The notes under the pieces are model-generated. The model was given only the letters and a program-made list of their open reading frames with translations, searched no databases and was not told the origin of the DNA. Shown piece after piece: positions 12,126-25,149 of a DNA stretch of 64,000 bases; the first letter of the stretch is position 1; every line of letters begins with the position of its first letter. The DNA is from Podarcis filfolensis (lineage: Eukaryota). The position numbers were made by a program, and so were the translations under genes. The stretch lies in NCBI GenBank assembly GCA_964270895.1, contig OZ185436.1. The stretch is one strand, 5' to 3'.

Positions 12126-13639
12126 CTTTTGAGGATCTTGAAGATAATTCTCTGTAGTGTGAAATCACTTTCAGTTTGGTCAATGAAAGCTACCATGAAT
12201 CACCAAATTTGGAAATACATATTATTTCAAATTACAGTAACATACTTCAGAGTCAAACTACCCTCAAAGCAACCAGTTCAACCCCTTTCAATGTTACAGA
12301 AGATCCAGATTAAAAGACATACTGGGCAATGCTAGACATATTTGGAGAAGACCCATTGAAATGGTTGAACTTAAGTAACTTAAGACCGTAGATCTCAATG
12401 GATCTACTTCAAGTATGACTGACATTGGAAATCACCCAGTGTTCTTTCCCCCCCAAAATGGGCACTACCATGTTCTGTTGTCTGTGATTCTTACCACTAG
12501 AAGGAAAGGTATGGAGGTATCCTCCTGGGAAGCTAGTTTACATACTAATTTAGGGACAAACTGGAAGAAAAGCTCATCTTCACATTTCCTTTTTCCACAA
12601 AATTTGGCACAGGAAGAAGGGAAAATGTGTTTCTGTGCAGTGCGCAGGCCCTTTGCAACACCTAAGTCCTTGCTAGTCAGAAAAACGAATTGCTTAATGC
12701 TTGTAGCCCCAAGCAAAATTTCTGCTTAGCTATTAATATGCCCTCATTGCAGAGTTGAATTTCTGCCCACTATTCCAAATTACGTAGAAGTGGAATGGCA
12801 GAGTTTCAAGAACCCTGTGTTTAATAATTAGGTTAAAAAGTATTAGGGACGGAGGGAATGATTCCCGATGTTTCAATGGAAGGGTCATGCCCAGATTATC
12901 TGAAGCAATCAATCTTCTTTCAAACTGTGTGGTCCACAGTAGGGGAGGGGGCTACAGAGGTTAAATCAGGATCTAATGGCATGCAAAATCACACATGATT
13001 GATCTGTATTGATTTTCCCCTGCTGAGGGGAATGATAGGCTAGCAAACAGAAATCAATTCCACTGCATTAAACTCAGTACGCATCTGGGCTCATCAGCAA
13101 AAATGGCTCGAACATCATTGCCCAATCACAGAGATGTGCATTGTATGTATATGTTCGTATCTTACTGCTTGCTACGGATAACCAAATTTCTTTATTTGAG
13201 CCAGTGGCGTTTTAAATAATTATAATTCAAAGTGGCACACGCTTGCAAACTATGAAGAAAGACTGGATCCTTGCTTGACAAACCATCATTATATATAGTT
13301 AACCAAAACTTTTGAATGTACCTGAGAAAATTCCAGGCTAGACAGAAAAATTCACTTTGTTTCAACTGTGGGAAAGACAAAATGTCTGTTAGCTACAGGC
13401 TTCATCACCCACTATGGTTCAGGCCAATTATACAAAAGGCAGAGTATAAAAATGAGAATTACAGTACAAGCTATTGTGTAAGATTATTACTATTAAGTGC
13501 TTTCGACAAAACTCGGCTCAGAATAGGTTTTTTTAGAAGCACAGTTCTCCATTTCATCAAATGAGAATTTGGGCTACTGATACAGTGGGTTTTATATTGG
13601 GAACCATTTTTTAAGGCAAAATGCATGTGCTTGACTTTT

Positions 13640-13930
13640 ATAAAAGGGCCTTCTCTGTGGCTGCACCTAAAATCGTGGAATCTTTTCCCCTGGGAGGCTT
13701 AGCTGACCCACACATTTGGTGTTTTGCTGTATGGCAATGCCTAACAGGGTGGGCATTTATTGGATAGGTACTTTTTATTCAATGACTTGGTTTTATCTGC
13801 TGCATTTCTGTTTTTATTATGTTATTAAAAAATTAAAAATACTGTATTTTATGGTTGGTTTTAATTGTTATTAGATGCCGAATGGTGCAGAAGCACCAAA
13901 AGGGCAGGATATTAAATGTTCAATTAAAAC
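13640..13930 (+). mobile_element. Degenerate L2 3' end
   Basis: agggccttctctgtggctgcacc..tggaa motif, T-rich 3' UTR and gggcaggatattaaat terminus. Confidence 0.6.
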
Positions 13931-15647
13931 AGTCCAACAAAGCACGTTTATACATCCTAGCATTTGCTTGTAACCACATATGGGGGGGGGGGGAGAGGAG
14001 CCCAAATTTGTTATCAGTACAGGAGACACAACCTAAACTAGCTGAGCAAGATTTCCAGTTGTGGTGTCACTGCAATGCAAAACTCCTTGTGCTTTGCCAT
14101 GAGTAGGAGAAGCAGAATGACGAATGAAAGCCGAAGAAACACGGTATCATTTACGCTGGCAAATAATCTAAGAGCACAACCTTATCCATGTGTACTCAGA
14201 AGCAAGCCTCCCTGCTTTCAGCAGTGCCTACCCCAACAAGGACTGCACCCTAACTTTATGTGGGGTGTAGTGTGCACAGTTCTGAACAGTGGAAATGTGG
14301 AAACATTTATTGCCAAAATCAGCAATAAAAGGTGTGTGTACAAGAACAAATAATAGGTAAGGAGGCTTTTAAAAATGTAAGCAGTAATTTGATAATTAGG
14401 ACCGTGTCAGTTATAAACTCCTGTAAAATAGTGTAGCCTCCTCATTCCATCCTCTTCTATTCTTTAGTAGAGGAACAACAGAGTGTTTTCCAGTCTTTGC
14501 TCAGATTTAAGGCCAGGATGACAAAGATTCCAGCTTTGATTCAGGCTCCACCATATACAGCAAGCTCAGTTCCTCATGCAAGTCTTGAATTAATTCCATT
14601 ACCATTCTTCCTGGGTTTCCCCCTCCCCTCTCCGGCTGAGTATATGGACTTTTGGCCCTTCCAAACCCATTGGAATGTAAAGTGTGTGTCTCGAGGCCAT
14701 ACATATGTCCCTTCATTAAACATACACCGTCTGTGCTAAAGAGATCAGGAGGTCAACAGGCCAAGGGTTGAAACCACAGAATTCGTTTTTTTATTTATCC
14801 TCTTGTTCTCCATGCTCCCCTTCTTTCCACTCCCCTTTGTCAGGAAATGATGGAGATTGACAATTACCAACTGTCAATCTCCAGTGCAAATGGTGGGTGC
14901 CCCACACTGGTCTCAGATTTGACAAACTGACCTTCACATTGCAAACATGCAACATGCCAGCTTCGGGGGTGGTGGTAAGCTATCATTTTTAATTGGCCAG
15001 GCCATGAATAATGTTATTTCTGATAACTGAAGAGTGTGATAAACCAAGAATTAGAACAGCAACCTTGTGGTTCTTCCTTACACTAGGAAAATCACTGGTG
15101 GGAGGGGGACAGAATTAATGGCTGCTCCAGAGGTGTTTCATCTCTATTTGCATGAAATCTGGTATCAAATGAGAGATTCACAACTTCTCATGATAGGGAG
15201 AGATAACATCTGCTCAAAGACCCTTGCATTTTTACTTTGAATCAATCATATACTCTGTGAAGTCCAGGGAAATCACCACTAGGCAGTAATTTGGCACAAT
15301 AGTTGCCTCATGGCAAGAGAGACTGATGGAAATTTTCAGACCTCTGCAAAGAGATTTCTAAAAGGAAGATGGGTCTATCTCAATCTGGGAAGTGATTTCC
15401 TCTGCACTTTCGCCAGAGAGATTTTGAACTCATTCAAGGAAGCTGATAACGACTCTAGACTCTACCGACAGCTCAATTTAATGTTCTTATTTTTACGAAG
15501 TACCTTGGAGCAGGTATTCAGTGTAGCATAAAAGTGTTAATACTTTCTGTGCAAGGCTAAAAAGGCATTCCATTTTGCCCCCTAGAATGCTATTTACTTC
15601 CTGGTGCCATTAATGGATCACCTTTTACTACTTTTTACTACCTCTTT

Positions 15648-15925
15648 GGCGGTTCGAATCCCTGCGACGGGGTAAGCTCCCATTGCTCGGTCCCTGCTCC
15701 TGCCAAAAGTATGTCAAAGTGCAAGTAGATAAATAGGTACCGCTCCGACGGCAAGGTAAACGGCCTTTCTGTGCACTGCTCTGGTTCGCCAGAAGCAGCT
15801 TAGACATGCTGACCACATGACCCGGAAGCTGTACGCTGGTTCCCTTGGCCAATAAAGCGAGATGAGCACTGCAACCCCAGAGTCGGTCATGACTAGACCT
15901 AATGGTCAGGGGTCCCTTTACCTTT
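15648..15925 (+). mobile_element. Sauria SINE, 5'-truncated
   Basis: Starts at the B box ggcggttcgaatccc, contains the aagtagataaataggtaccgc core and ends gggtccctttaccttt (ACCTTT tail). Confidence 0.93.
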
Positions 15926-18139
15926 TTAAATAGGAGACAATCTTTTAACACTATGGTCTGCTTCAAAGTTTCTACATGAAAAGAAGTTGCCTCTAGGAAT
16001 CATCATGCAATCTGATTGCAGAACATTACATGTGCATTTTTCTGGGCTCACACATGTGAGAAAACCATAGCATCCCAGCTGATACAAAAACAGCAAACCA
16101 AATTCATGTACCATTTTGATCAATGATGATCTCAAAAGTGCCACCTTTTCTAAACCTGCTTCTGTGTCTTTGTAAGCCACTCAATATATAGAAAATAAGC
16201 AGGAAAAGCACAGAACATTTTAAAAAGGTCAGCATGTTGGATGACATTCTGCTTCATGCACAGAAGGACTTCCCCCATAAGAATTCTGTAACAGCTCTGA
16301 AGCACTAAGGGCCAAGCTAAATGTGAGACTAACTACATTGGCAGCAGCCACATTGGCTGAAAGTTAGTAACTGACACAGGGAGGGTGCGATGAGCCAGGA
16401 GTACAGAATAGAGGCAGAAGCTGTAGTCTCTCCAGCTAAGGAGCTGGACCAGGTTCAGGGCTCTAATCCTGATGCTGGAGATGAAACCACTAACAGGAAG
16501 AGGTTTCCCTGAAAAATTTGCACTTGAACTCTGATGTTGTATAATCTACTCTTCTGCTGCTTATGTAGACTAGACCTTCGTTATTTTTATCCTGTGAATT
16601 TAGAAAATCCAGCAAAGAATATATGTTGCTAAGTTTTGAAAGATATGCAAAGCATGAAAAATTACACACCTGATTTACAAAACTGTATGCCTCCATGACA
16701 ATACTTAGCTACAGAGACATTCTTTATTGTATGTATGCTTAGCATAATTAGAAAATATGCTTTCTGTAATGCAGTGAATTTGAAACAAATGATTAATTGC
16801 ACAATTACAAAGATCCATCATTTTTATATCACTTTTATTTTGTAATTTCCACTGTTACATTTCTCTTTCTCTCATGCATATCCACACAAATTAGAGGAAA
16901 TCTGTTTGGCAAGTGATGAAGTATCACATTAGTTCTTCAGTATTCAGAGTGGGTCTTATTTATCAGTACATTTTGATTTGCCCCACTGCTCCAGTAAGCT
17001 GAATGGAGAGCATTTTGATCCCTTTCTTTTTTCCACCTATATTTCAGCCTCCACAGTGATCCATGCACTGCAGAATTGCAGAAAGGCTTGTTTTTGTTTT
17101 CCATGTTTTATTTGATTTCACATACTCTAATGCTTCATCATCAATGTCACCGGCAAGGTAAACAAGGAGCATTAATAAATTTGCAACTATCCAAAGCAAG
17201 GCTTCCATGTTTTGTTTGTGGATGGGCCTTATCCAGAATTTAGCTGCAGTAGTGTCTGGTCAATTGACCACAGAGTCAATTATACTGTGATGATTTCAAA
17301 CCCCCTTTTACATGTGATGTTCAAAGACAGTTGTTGATTTAAACATGCAGGCTCTCTGTGTTTTGCAGAACAATATCAAATGAGCTACATTAACGGAGTG
17401 TAGAAATGTTTTCAGGAACAACAAAAAGCTCCTCGTTTTGCTTTTAAATTCCAGATTCTGCAAGACAATGCAGGTGCTGGTTAAGCTTTCTATTTAGCTA
17501 CAGTTCTCTCAACATTGTCTTCCTGTTGTTTTAGAGGTGGTACATCTTAAGACAGGAGGGAAAGCAATCTTCCCCACAAATTATGAATTAATATGACTGG
17601 ACACTGTTCCCTGCTATGCCAGTGTGACCTTGAGCATGTCCTCCTTTGTAGTATTTTCAGGTGTTCAGAGTCAAATCAGGCCCAGGACATTTAGGCCACC
17701 TTAAAAGTCAGTAGTGGATGCCACAGTGGGGCCACAGCAGCCACCTGACCTCCCTCTGGATGCATTGCTTCTGCATACTTTGATGGAGACTGGGTGGGGT
17801 GATGAGGCAGTGAGTGTGTTGTGGTACAAATATTCCACTCTGGATTGGCTCCGCCAGCAGGTTTGCACCCTACTGACTTCACCACAGTCTCTTCCCTCCC
17901 TGTCCCAGTATGCAGCAATGACACAGCAGGAGGGAGGTCAGGTTAGCTGCACAGAATCTGCTACTGCTTCAATTGGGTCCAAGTACAGAGTGGAAGCCAG
18001 TTCATATTAAGAAGGGCCTGTGCAACATGGGCAGAAAAGCAGACAGCAGAAATCCTGTCTGTTGCAGCAGCTGCAGTTTCTGGACACATTTCAAGGGCAG
18101 CCCCACATAAGGTGTATTACTGTGATTTAATTTTAAAAA

Positions 18140-18264
18140 GGGTGCCCCCTGTAGGTTGACAAGACTCTTCAGTTCCCATCAGCCCCAGCCAGCACGGCCA
18201 ATAATTAGGGGAGATAGAAGTTGGTAGTGCAACATCTGGACAGTGCCACGTTGGGCTACTCCTG
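18140..18264. mobile_element. Decayed hAT-type palindromic MITE
   Basis: ttcccatcagccccagccagca...caacatctggacagtgccacgttgggctactcctg resembles the 52528 family; left end eroded. Confidence 0.55.
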
Positions 18265-18274
18265 CTATAGCAGT

Positions 18275-18425
18275 TAAGAGTATGATGCATCAGCTCTAGG
18301 TCTCTAATTCTCAGCCTCCAGGTATAAAACTGGGATAATGCTACTGACATACCTTACAGGACGGTTGTAAGGATTGTAATGTGTGCAAAACACCTTGAGC
18401 ATGTTAGAAAAGCCCTATATAAATA
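18275..18425 (+). mobile_element. MIR/CORE-like SINE remnant
   Basis: tataaaactgggataatgctactgacataccttacaggacggttgtaaggatt resembles the MIR core/3' part. Confidence 0.6.
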
Positions 18426-20559
18426 AAATCCAGCTCTCCAAGACTCCTTTCATCTTAGCCTTTATGATCCCATTCATTTTGGGGTGTAAAGCTGCATTTT
18501 CACTTGAGTATCCAATTACTGAAGGTTCTACTAGTAGTAAATAGATTCTTACATATAATTGAAAAGCAAAGCAAAGAGAAATAGCTATATATTTCATCTC
18601 TGTTATTTGCCCAGCACCTGCCGAGGAAGAGATTCCAGAACTTATTTGCTCTATAAAATTGCATCCGTATTAGAACAAATAAAATTGATCTCTAAAAGGT
18701 CACGTCCTGTGAGCATGGGGAATTGTGTGCTGGCCAGCTATAACTCCTGGTTTATATCACTTTGTTTAGCTACAGCATGAAAACTTAAGCACATGTAACA
18801 CAGCAAAGGCAATCTATAGCTGTCAAGACTTTTTATATACTGTTCCACAGTTTAGTGCTAGCCATGGAGGCTGTCTTGTGGCTATCCAAGGGAAGCCATC
18901 TGGTAGCTTATCAGGCAAACCCTATTGATTTTCTAAACATTTTAATGAGTCGTACCCAAATGTCACCAAGTGAGAGAGTTAAATCTGGGAAGCAGCAAGC
19001 TTCCTCTCACACCCGGCAGCTGTTTTTAGCATTTGATTGCCATCATTTTATACTGATGCCATCTACTTTTCTACATTATCATACTCATTGCAATATGATG
19101 CACATGCTTTGTAATTTTAGGGCCAAACACAGACTTTTACATAGTGTAAAAACCGGAAAATAATTAAACAAAGTAAACAACAACATGCCTATAGGGGATT
19201 TCAGAAACGTACATAGCCAGGACTATGATATACAATTATGTTATAAAGAGGTGGTTATTGTGATTTGTAGCTCATGCTGGTTAATCAGCACTGTGCCCCT
19301 GGGTAATCCATCTGCACAATAACCCTATGTGGAGAGATCTCCATCATTTCAATGTTGCAGAAGAGGAGACTGAATGATTGAGATTTATTGAAGGTCAGAA
19401 CTAGTGAGTTCCCCAGACTGAACTTCTGCCCACTGGAATGGCCTCCCCTCCCCTTTCCCCGTGTGCTGTTCTGGGGGTTCTTCCCACCCTGAAAGCCAAT
19501 ATGGTGGGGGTGCCAGGGAGGGAATCATGTCCTGCCTGTCCCCTTACACTGAGTCCCATTAGCAAAACTACTTCGTTGAATCCAACCTGAAGATTCAAAA
19601 TTCTCTTTTGGTGCTTCACATCTGCAAATGGCAGTACTCTTTTCTATCCTATTTGCTTTATCCACACAATATTTTGGCTTTATTTGTTGGCACACAATTT
19701 TACTTCTCCTCTCAATCTCCTTCCCCAAGATGCTCCAGTAACACCCCCCTCAAATATTTTCGGTGAAACCTTGTGGCCAAAAGTCATGTGCCACAACCAT
19801 CAAGCATATTCACTGTGTTCAGTGGGGCTTACTTTCTGGTAAATGTGCACAGGACTGCAGCCTTAAAATGTTCACTTCAGAAAAGCCCATCTGAAAACCA
19901 AGCCCATAATAAATATAGCAAATTTGCCAGATTTCCCAATCATTCTCTGGAAGAATCTTAACTTGCTCAAGAGGGGGCAGGGAAGAGAGATGAGAAGCAT
20001 TTGAGAGAGAGAAAGTTGTGTCTATTTCATTTGGCTTTTTTGCATCTTTCAGACAGCCAAATAGTCCCATGGCAGGACTACTGCCCTGCATTTCTCATGC
20101 TTTAAGATGATAAGCAGCGTCCCTGTGGCATGTACCCTGATTAATAGATGACCCAAGAGATTTGCTCATTTTGCAGAATTGTAAATACTTGAATAGTGCC
20201 AATGTGCAGCACAGAAACAGTCAATCCTTTAGAGCTGTCTAATTTTAGGGTGGTTTCAAATCCCTCTGGTATGGGAAGGAACCATGGCAATCCTATTACA
20301 AAGTAAAGGATAGTGAAATAGTGTGGGACTCATCTGTGTGGAAGTGGCTTCCATGCTACTCTGTTATGAACATTTGTGTTTTATTCGCATGTCTAATAAA
20401 GTGGATTCTAAGTATGTGGACATGACTGGAGTCAAAGCTTGGGGGAGGGGAGATTTATTTCCAGTATTTATAGACTACCTTTCACCATGGAAAGTGGTTT
20501 ATAGAACTGCTTAGGTTTTAACCCATGGTTTTTTGTTTATTTTCAACACATTATTGGAC

Positions 20560-21230
20560 TGATGAATTCATCAACCAACAATATGGTGTTGAATACCAAA
20601 AATAAAATAAAAATCAAAGATAAAAATCATAGGGCAAAATACAACTTCAGAAATAGGCAGAGCCCATAAACAGGCAAAATACAACTTCCTTAAAATATCA
20701 AGCATCTCAAGTTGAACAGGAAGGGGACTCTCTGATCTCAGCTGGGAGGGAATTCCACAGACTGCGGCCCAAAATACTGAATGCAGCGCTCCTGGTGGAT
20801 AAGACTCCCACAAATATCTCAGTGACTGGGCTGGTATATAAAGTATCCAGTAGTCCTTAAGGTATCCTAGGCCCAAATTGTTGCAAGTCCCGTAAATTAA
20901 TACTAGAACCCTGCTTAAACCTGGTCCAGGAGTAATATGTCCCCACCAACCGTCTAGCCACAGCGTTTTGTAACAGCTGTAACTTCTGGACCAAGCCCAA
21001 GGCTTGCCCCACATAGAGCACATTGCAATAATCTACTCCTGAGGTTATCAATGCATGAATCAATGCATGAATGACCAGGCTACCCCCATTCAAGAACAGC
21101 AATAGCTAGTAAAAGGCATTCCTAGCCAATGAGACTACCTGAGCCTCAAGTGACAGAGACAGATCAAGGAGCACACAGACACCAACTATGAACCTTTCAG
21201 AGACCCAGGATCCTCCTTGTTGAAAAGTAA
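20560..21230 (-). mobile_element. L2 LINE 3' fragment
   Basis: Minus-strand peptides EAQVVSLARNAFY and HALITSGVDYCNVLYVGQALGLVQKLQLLQNAVARRL match the L2 ORF2 C-terminus; frameshifted. Confidence 0.85.
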
Positions 21231-24200
21231 ACAAAATTAAATAAAAATAAAAATTAGAGGGAGTTAAGAGCTGCACACGTTGCCCTCCCATTGCATAAAG
21301 CAGTGTATGGGTATGGGCATGCTTCAGTTCAAAGTTGGCCATTAGGCTGAAGGAAAACAAGCAGCCTGAGAGAGAATCAGACTTGGTCCTTGGAAAAAAT
21401 CACCACCCAACTGAAATACTGCTTAAAAGTTGTGTGAGTTTCCTTTTTGCTGCTGCATTAATCTGGAGGAGAATTGACAAAGCATGTACACTACAAGACA
21501 TATATCCTCTAAACCAAGTTTAGGGAACCTTTGGTGCTAAGTTCTAAAATCCTTAAACTGGAGATAAGAGTTCAAAGCCAGAAGCAACAAATTAAAAAGT
21601 AACTGAAAACAAGGAAATTTGGAAAAAATATATATTAAATGCCCACAAATTAACTGAAAGGACATATAGAATTTATTTTTTAAAAAAATGCCAATCCTTT
21701 TCATATACATACTCATGAGCAACCACAATAATGTGTTAGGCCACTAATGTACATTTGGGTGGCAAGTCTACAGCTCTAATGGCAGACATCAGATTGTGCA
21801 GTCTAGATTTGAATTTAATCAGCTAAATGCCATTTAGCCAGCTTCTGGAACTGTACCAACTGGGAGAATGTGCAAAACCGAAGTTGTTTATTTTTGGCCC
21901 AAATTTCAGCAACGTATACAAGCTGCTAGAGGACTGAAAACACTCATATACAAGCTAAATCTCACCCACTGAGTCAGAGAAGGTGCAATGGTTGTAGTCA
22001 ATCTCCTTTTAACCCTTTACAGGCCATATTCCACAGCCAAGTGGTGTTGGTCATCTGGCCATGCCTGGCATAGTTTCTGAAGAAACTCTTAGTGTGTGAG
22101 GGGATTTCTTCTATTAACATAGTCAGGAAAACATGTGCAAATACACATAAACTATCTACAATACCATACATAAAATCCACAGGAGTGCAAGACAATAGAA
22201 TTCTAACTTAAAACTCAAAACTCAGCAGCCTGTCCAAGAACTCTTATCCCATTCTCAAACAGCAAAAGATATACGGTAGTGTCACTTATTCTAAAAAGTG
22301 TGAACCAAGCTAATCCAAAAAGCACACGGATATACCTATTGCACTGCTGTTATTTCAGATTTAGATAAAAACCTATCAGAGTATTGCTATATGGCTCTGT
22401 GTTTATCTAGAAAGAAGTAATGTAAATCTTCATACATCCATATCTCAAATGGAAAGGTCATGGGTCGTACTGATGTTAGGATCTGCAGACTACGATAACA
22501 GGAATCCATCTTAAACAGTCAGAGAACTCTAATATTTGCACGGCTAACAATGTCTAGAATTGGTAGACCATATATACCCTTCAACATCCAGGGGCAGGGA
22601 AGAGGATAATACCAAGTGCAAAAGATGGGAAAATTCGGTGCCACCCTCTGAGCCTTAAACTGCTTATGATAGAGGCTGGTTAACACATGGTTATTCTGCT
22701 TTATTCCATCATCAGGCACACTTCTGGTTGCCAATGGAGAGCAAGATTCAGCTTCAGGCAACCAGGTAGAGATTTTTATTTTTTTCTGCTGGTAAGGGGA
22801 CACTAATATACAGTACATGTGGGTAAAGCATGCTGATACATAGTGTGATCAATAACATTTGTGGATTTGCAAGGTTATTCATTTCATCTCTACTTATTTA
22901 TTATTTGTATTTCTACCTGATGTTTACAATCAAGAGTTCCCCTAAAACAGCTACTTGGGATGTTGCAGTAGTCTGAAAGATTCAGGTTTCTCACTTGAAC
23001 ATTATTATTTCAGGGGATTCAAAGCCACAGAAGCTTTTAATGTTCTACTGCTAAATTAAGGTATTGTGGAATGCCCTCTTCTCTTTCTCAGACAGGATCA
23101 GCACAGTCTGAAACCTACTTTGGAGCTTCTACCTTTGTGGGGGCTCTGTTAAAGGGCTTTAAATGTGCTTTAATTGTATGGTGTGAATGTGATAGCACAC
23201 ATCTACAAAGAATTTGGTTGACAGGAGGTCATCTATTGCTGATCAAATAAGCAGGGCATTAGGAAGCATCCACCACCATCATAGCTGTTTGCTAACCTAT
23301 CTCACTGAAGCTGTTTCTAACTTGGCTTCTGAATTTCAGAGGAATTTCAGATATACCTTGATTTTCTTGCAAAGATAGACTGTATCTTCAGAAACAGTTA
23401 TTACCTGCTACATGCACCTTTAAATATCTTGAAAGTTTAAGTTTATGATGTGCAAAGAGCCTGTGAGTACATGCTAGCTTCTTGCCTCTTGAGTCACCTC
23501 CTGGAGATAAAATTCTTTAATCTCTCTCTCTCTGGACCAGCTGTACAGTGACCTACTTTCCGTATCGCTGGAGAAAGGGGGTTGCCCCATTTTAACACAG
23601 GCTGTACCTCAGGAACCCTGAGCTTAAACTGTCAATCCTACAAATCCAAAGTGTTCATTTGCATTCCATTTTTAGCTGATCTCAGTGCTATGGATTACAC
23701 ATGCATATCCCACCCCACCCATGCAACAAAGGATGACTTGTTTCTGGGCATTTCCTTGCCTTAAAAAAAGAAAAGAAAAACCATATACAAATTCTAAGAC
23801 AGAAAGGGAAGCGGGAGACTTGAGTAATTATTTGCCTTATTGAGTAAAAGCTTTATAATAAAATTCAGGATATAATAAACTTCCAAATTTAGATTCACAT
23901 ACTTACTAGATTACTTTAAAAAAAAAAAGCCAGAGGGGATTTAATTAAGTTCATTCTGACAAGGAATTAAAGAGCTTTGCTAGAAGCTTCACTGCTGGTG
24001 TTGTGAGGGATGCAGCTTTGAAGCTAAAAATAGAACTTCCTCCATCGCTATTAGTATAGAAATGCTGGAGCAAAACTGTAAAGACAAACCTAAGCAGATC
24101 TTTGTTTGCTGACCACACATCAGAAATTCACTGTCAGCTTGACCTGGTTGCCTCTAATGAAAGCTTAGTGTGCAAAACCCCATGTTAATTAGAATGGAGT

Positions 24201-25149
24201 GGGAAGAGGCATTATGTATTCTAAAATTCTCTAACTCCAAGGGGCAAAAATGGAGGGTGATGCTGTTAAATTGAGTGACTGTCGAGGAGTTGCCATGTGA
24301 GTCTAATGTAGGCAAGCCTGTGGGCAGGTTTTAAATAGCTGCTTTAAAAATAGCAGCAGGTACCTAGGTGCAGTCAAACAAAGATGTATTCCATATCTTT
24401 AATGAAATGTTCATTTGCAAATTGATACTAAAGATTGTTTTAATTCAAGTATGTGCAATTATGTTCAGCAGAATCTGGAAAGTTTGCTGGTGTGTTTCGG
24501 AAGTAGGAAAAGGGAAGTATCCCGTTCACCTTACACACATCCACTGCAAGGCCGTACACAAGACTTCCAAAGATCTGGTGTAATATCACTGGACCCAATG
24601 GAAATTTCCCCATGGGATTTGGACCTGCCGTATTGAAGAAAAGCTGCTTCTGTTTGCTTCTAGTCTGTCATGAGGATTAATTCAGTTGGCGCCTGTTGTG
24701 GAAATATTCTCAGACGACCTGTATTTTCTCTGGATACTTAGAAGTATTCTTACCTGCTGCCCAAAAATGCAGATGCCCCAATCTCACCTGGAACAAATTT
24801 CACCTGAATGTCATCAAATATTTCACCAGAATGTCATCAAATATTGTGTAGAGAGTACCAGTAATCTCAGATATGTTGGCCACTCTTGCACAACTTTCCT
24901 TTTAACCCTTTTCCTCTCAGTATTTTGTGAAAGATTTTTCCTTTCACAGGCTACCCATGAAAAAAAGTGAGTGCAGCACATTTCCTTCTTCAGCTAATCT
25001 CCTTTTACTCTCATCTTGCTTGGTACAATGGAGTATCCAGTGTTAGCAATGGATTTGTTTTTTATACATGATTACACTTTCAAAACCTTGCCAACCATTT
25101 CCCTGAGCTTCCTGTTACAAAGAAGACAGTCTGAAGAAAATACAAGGAC

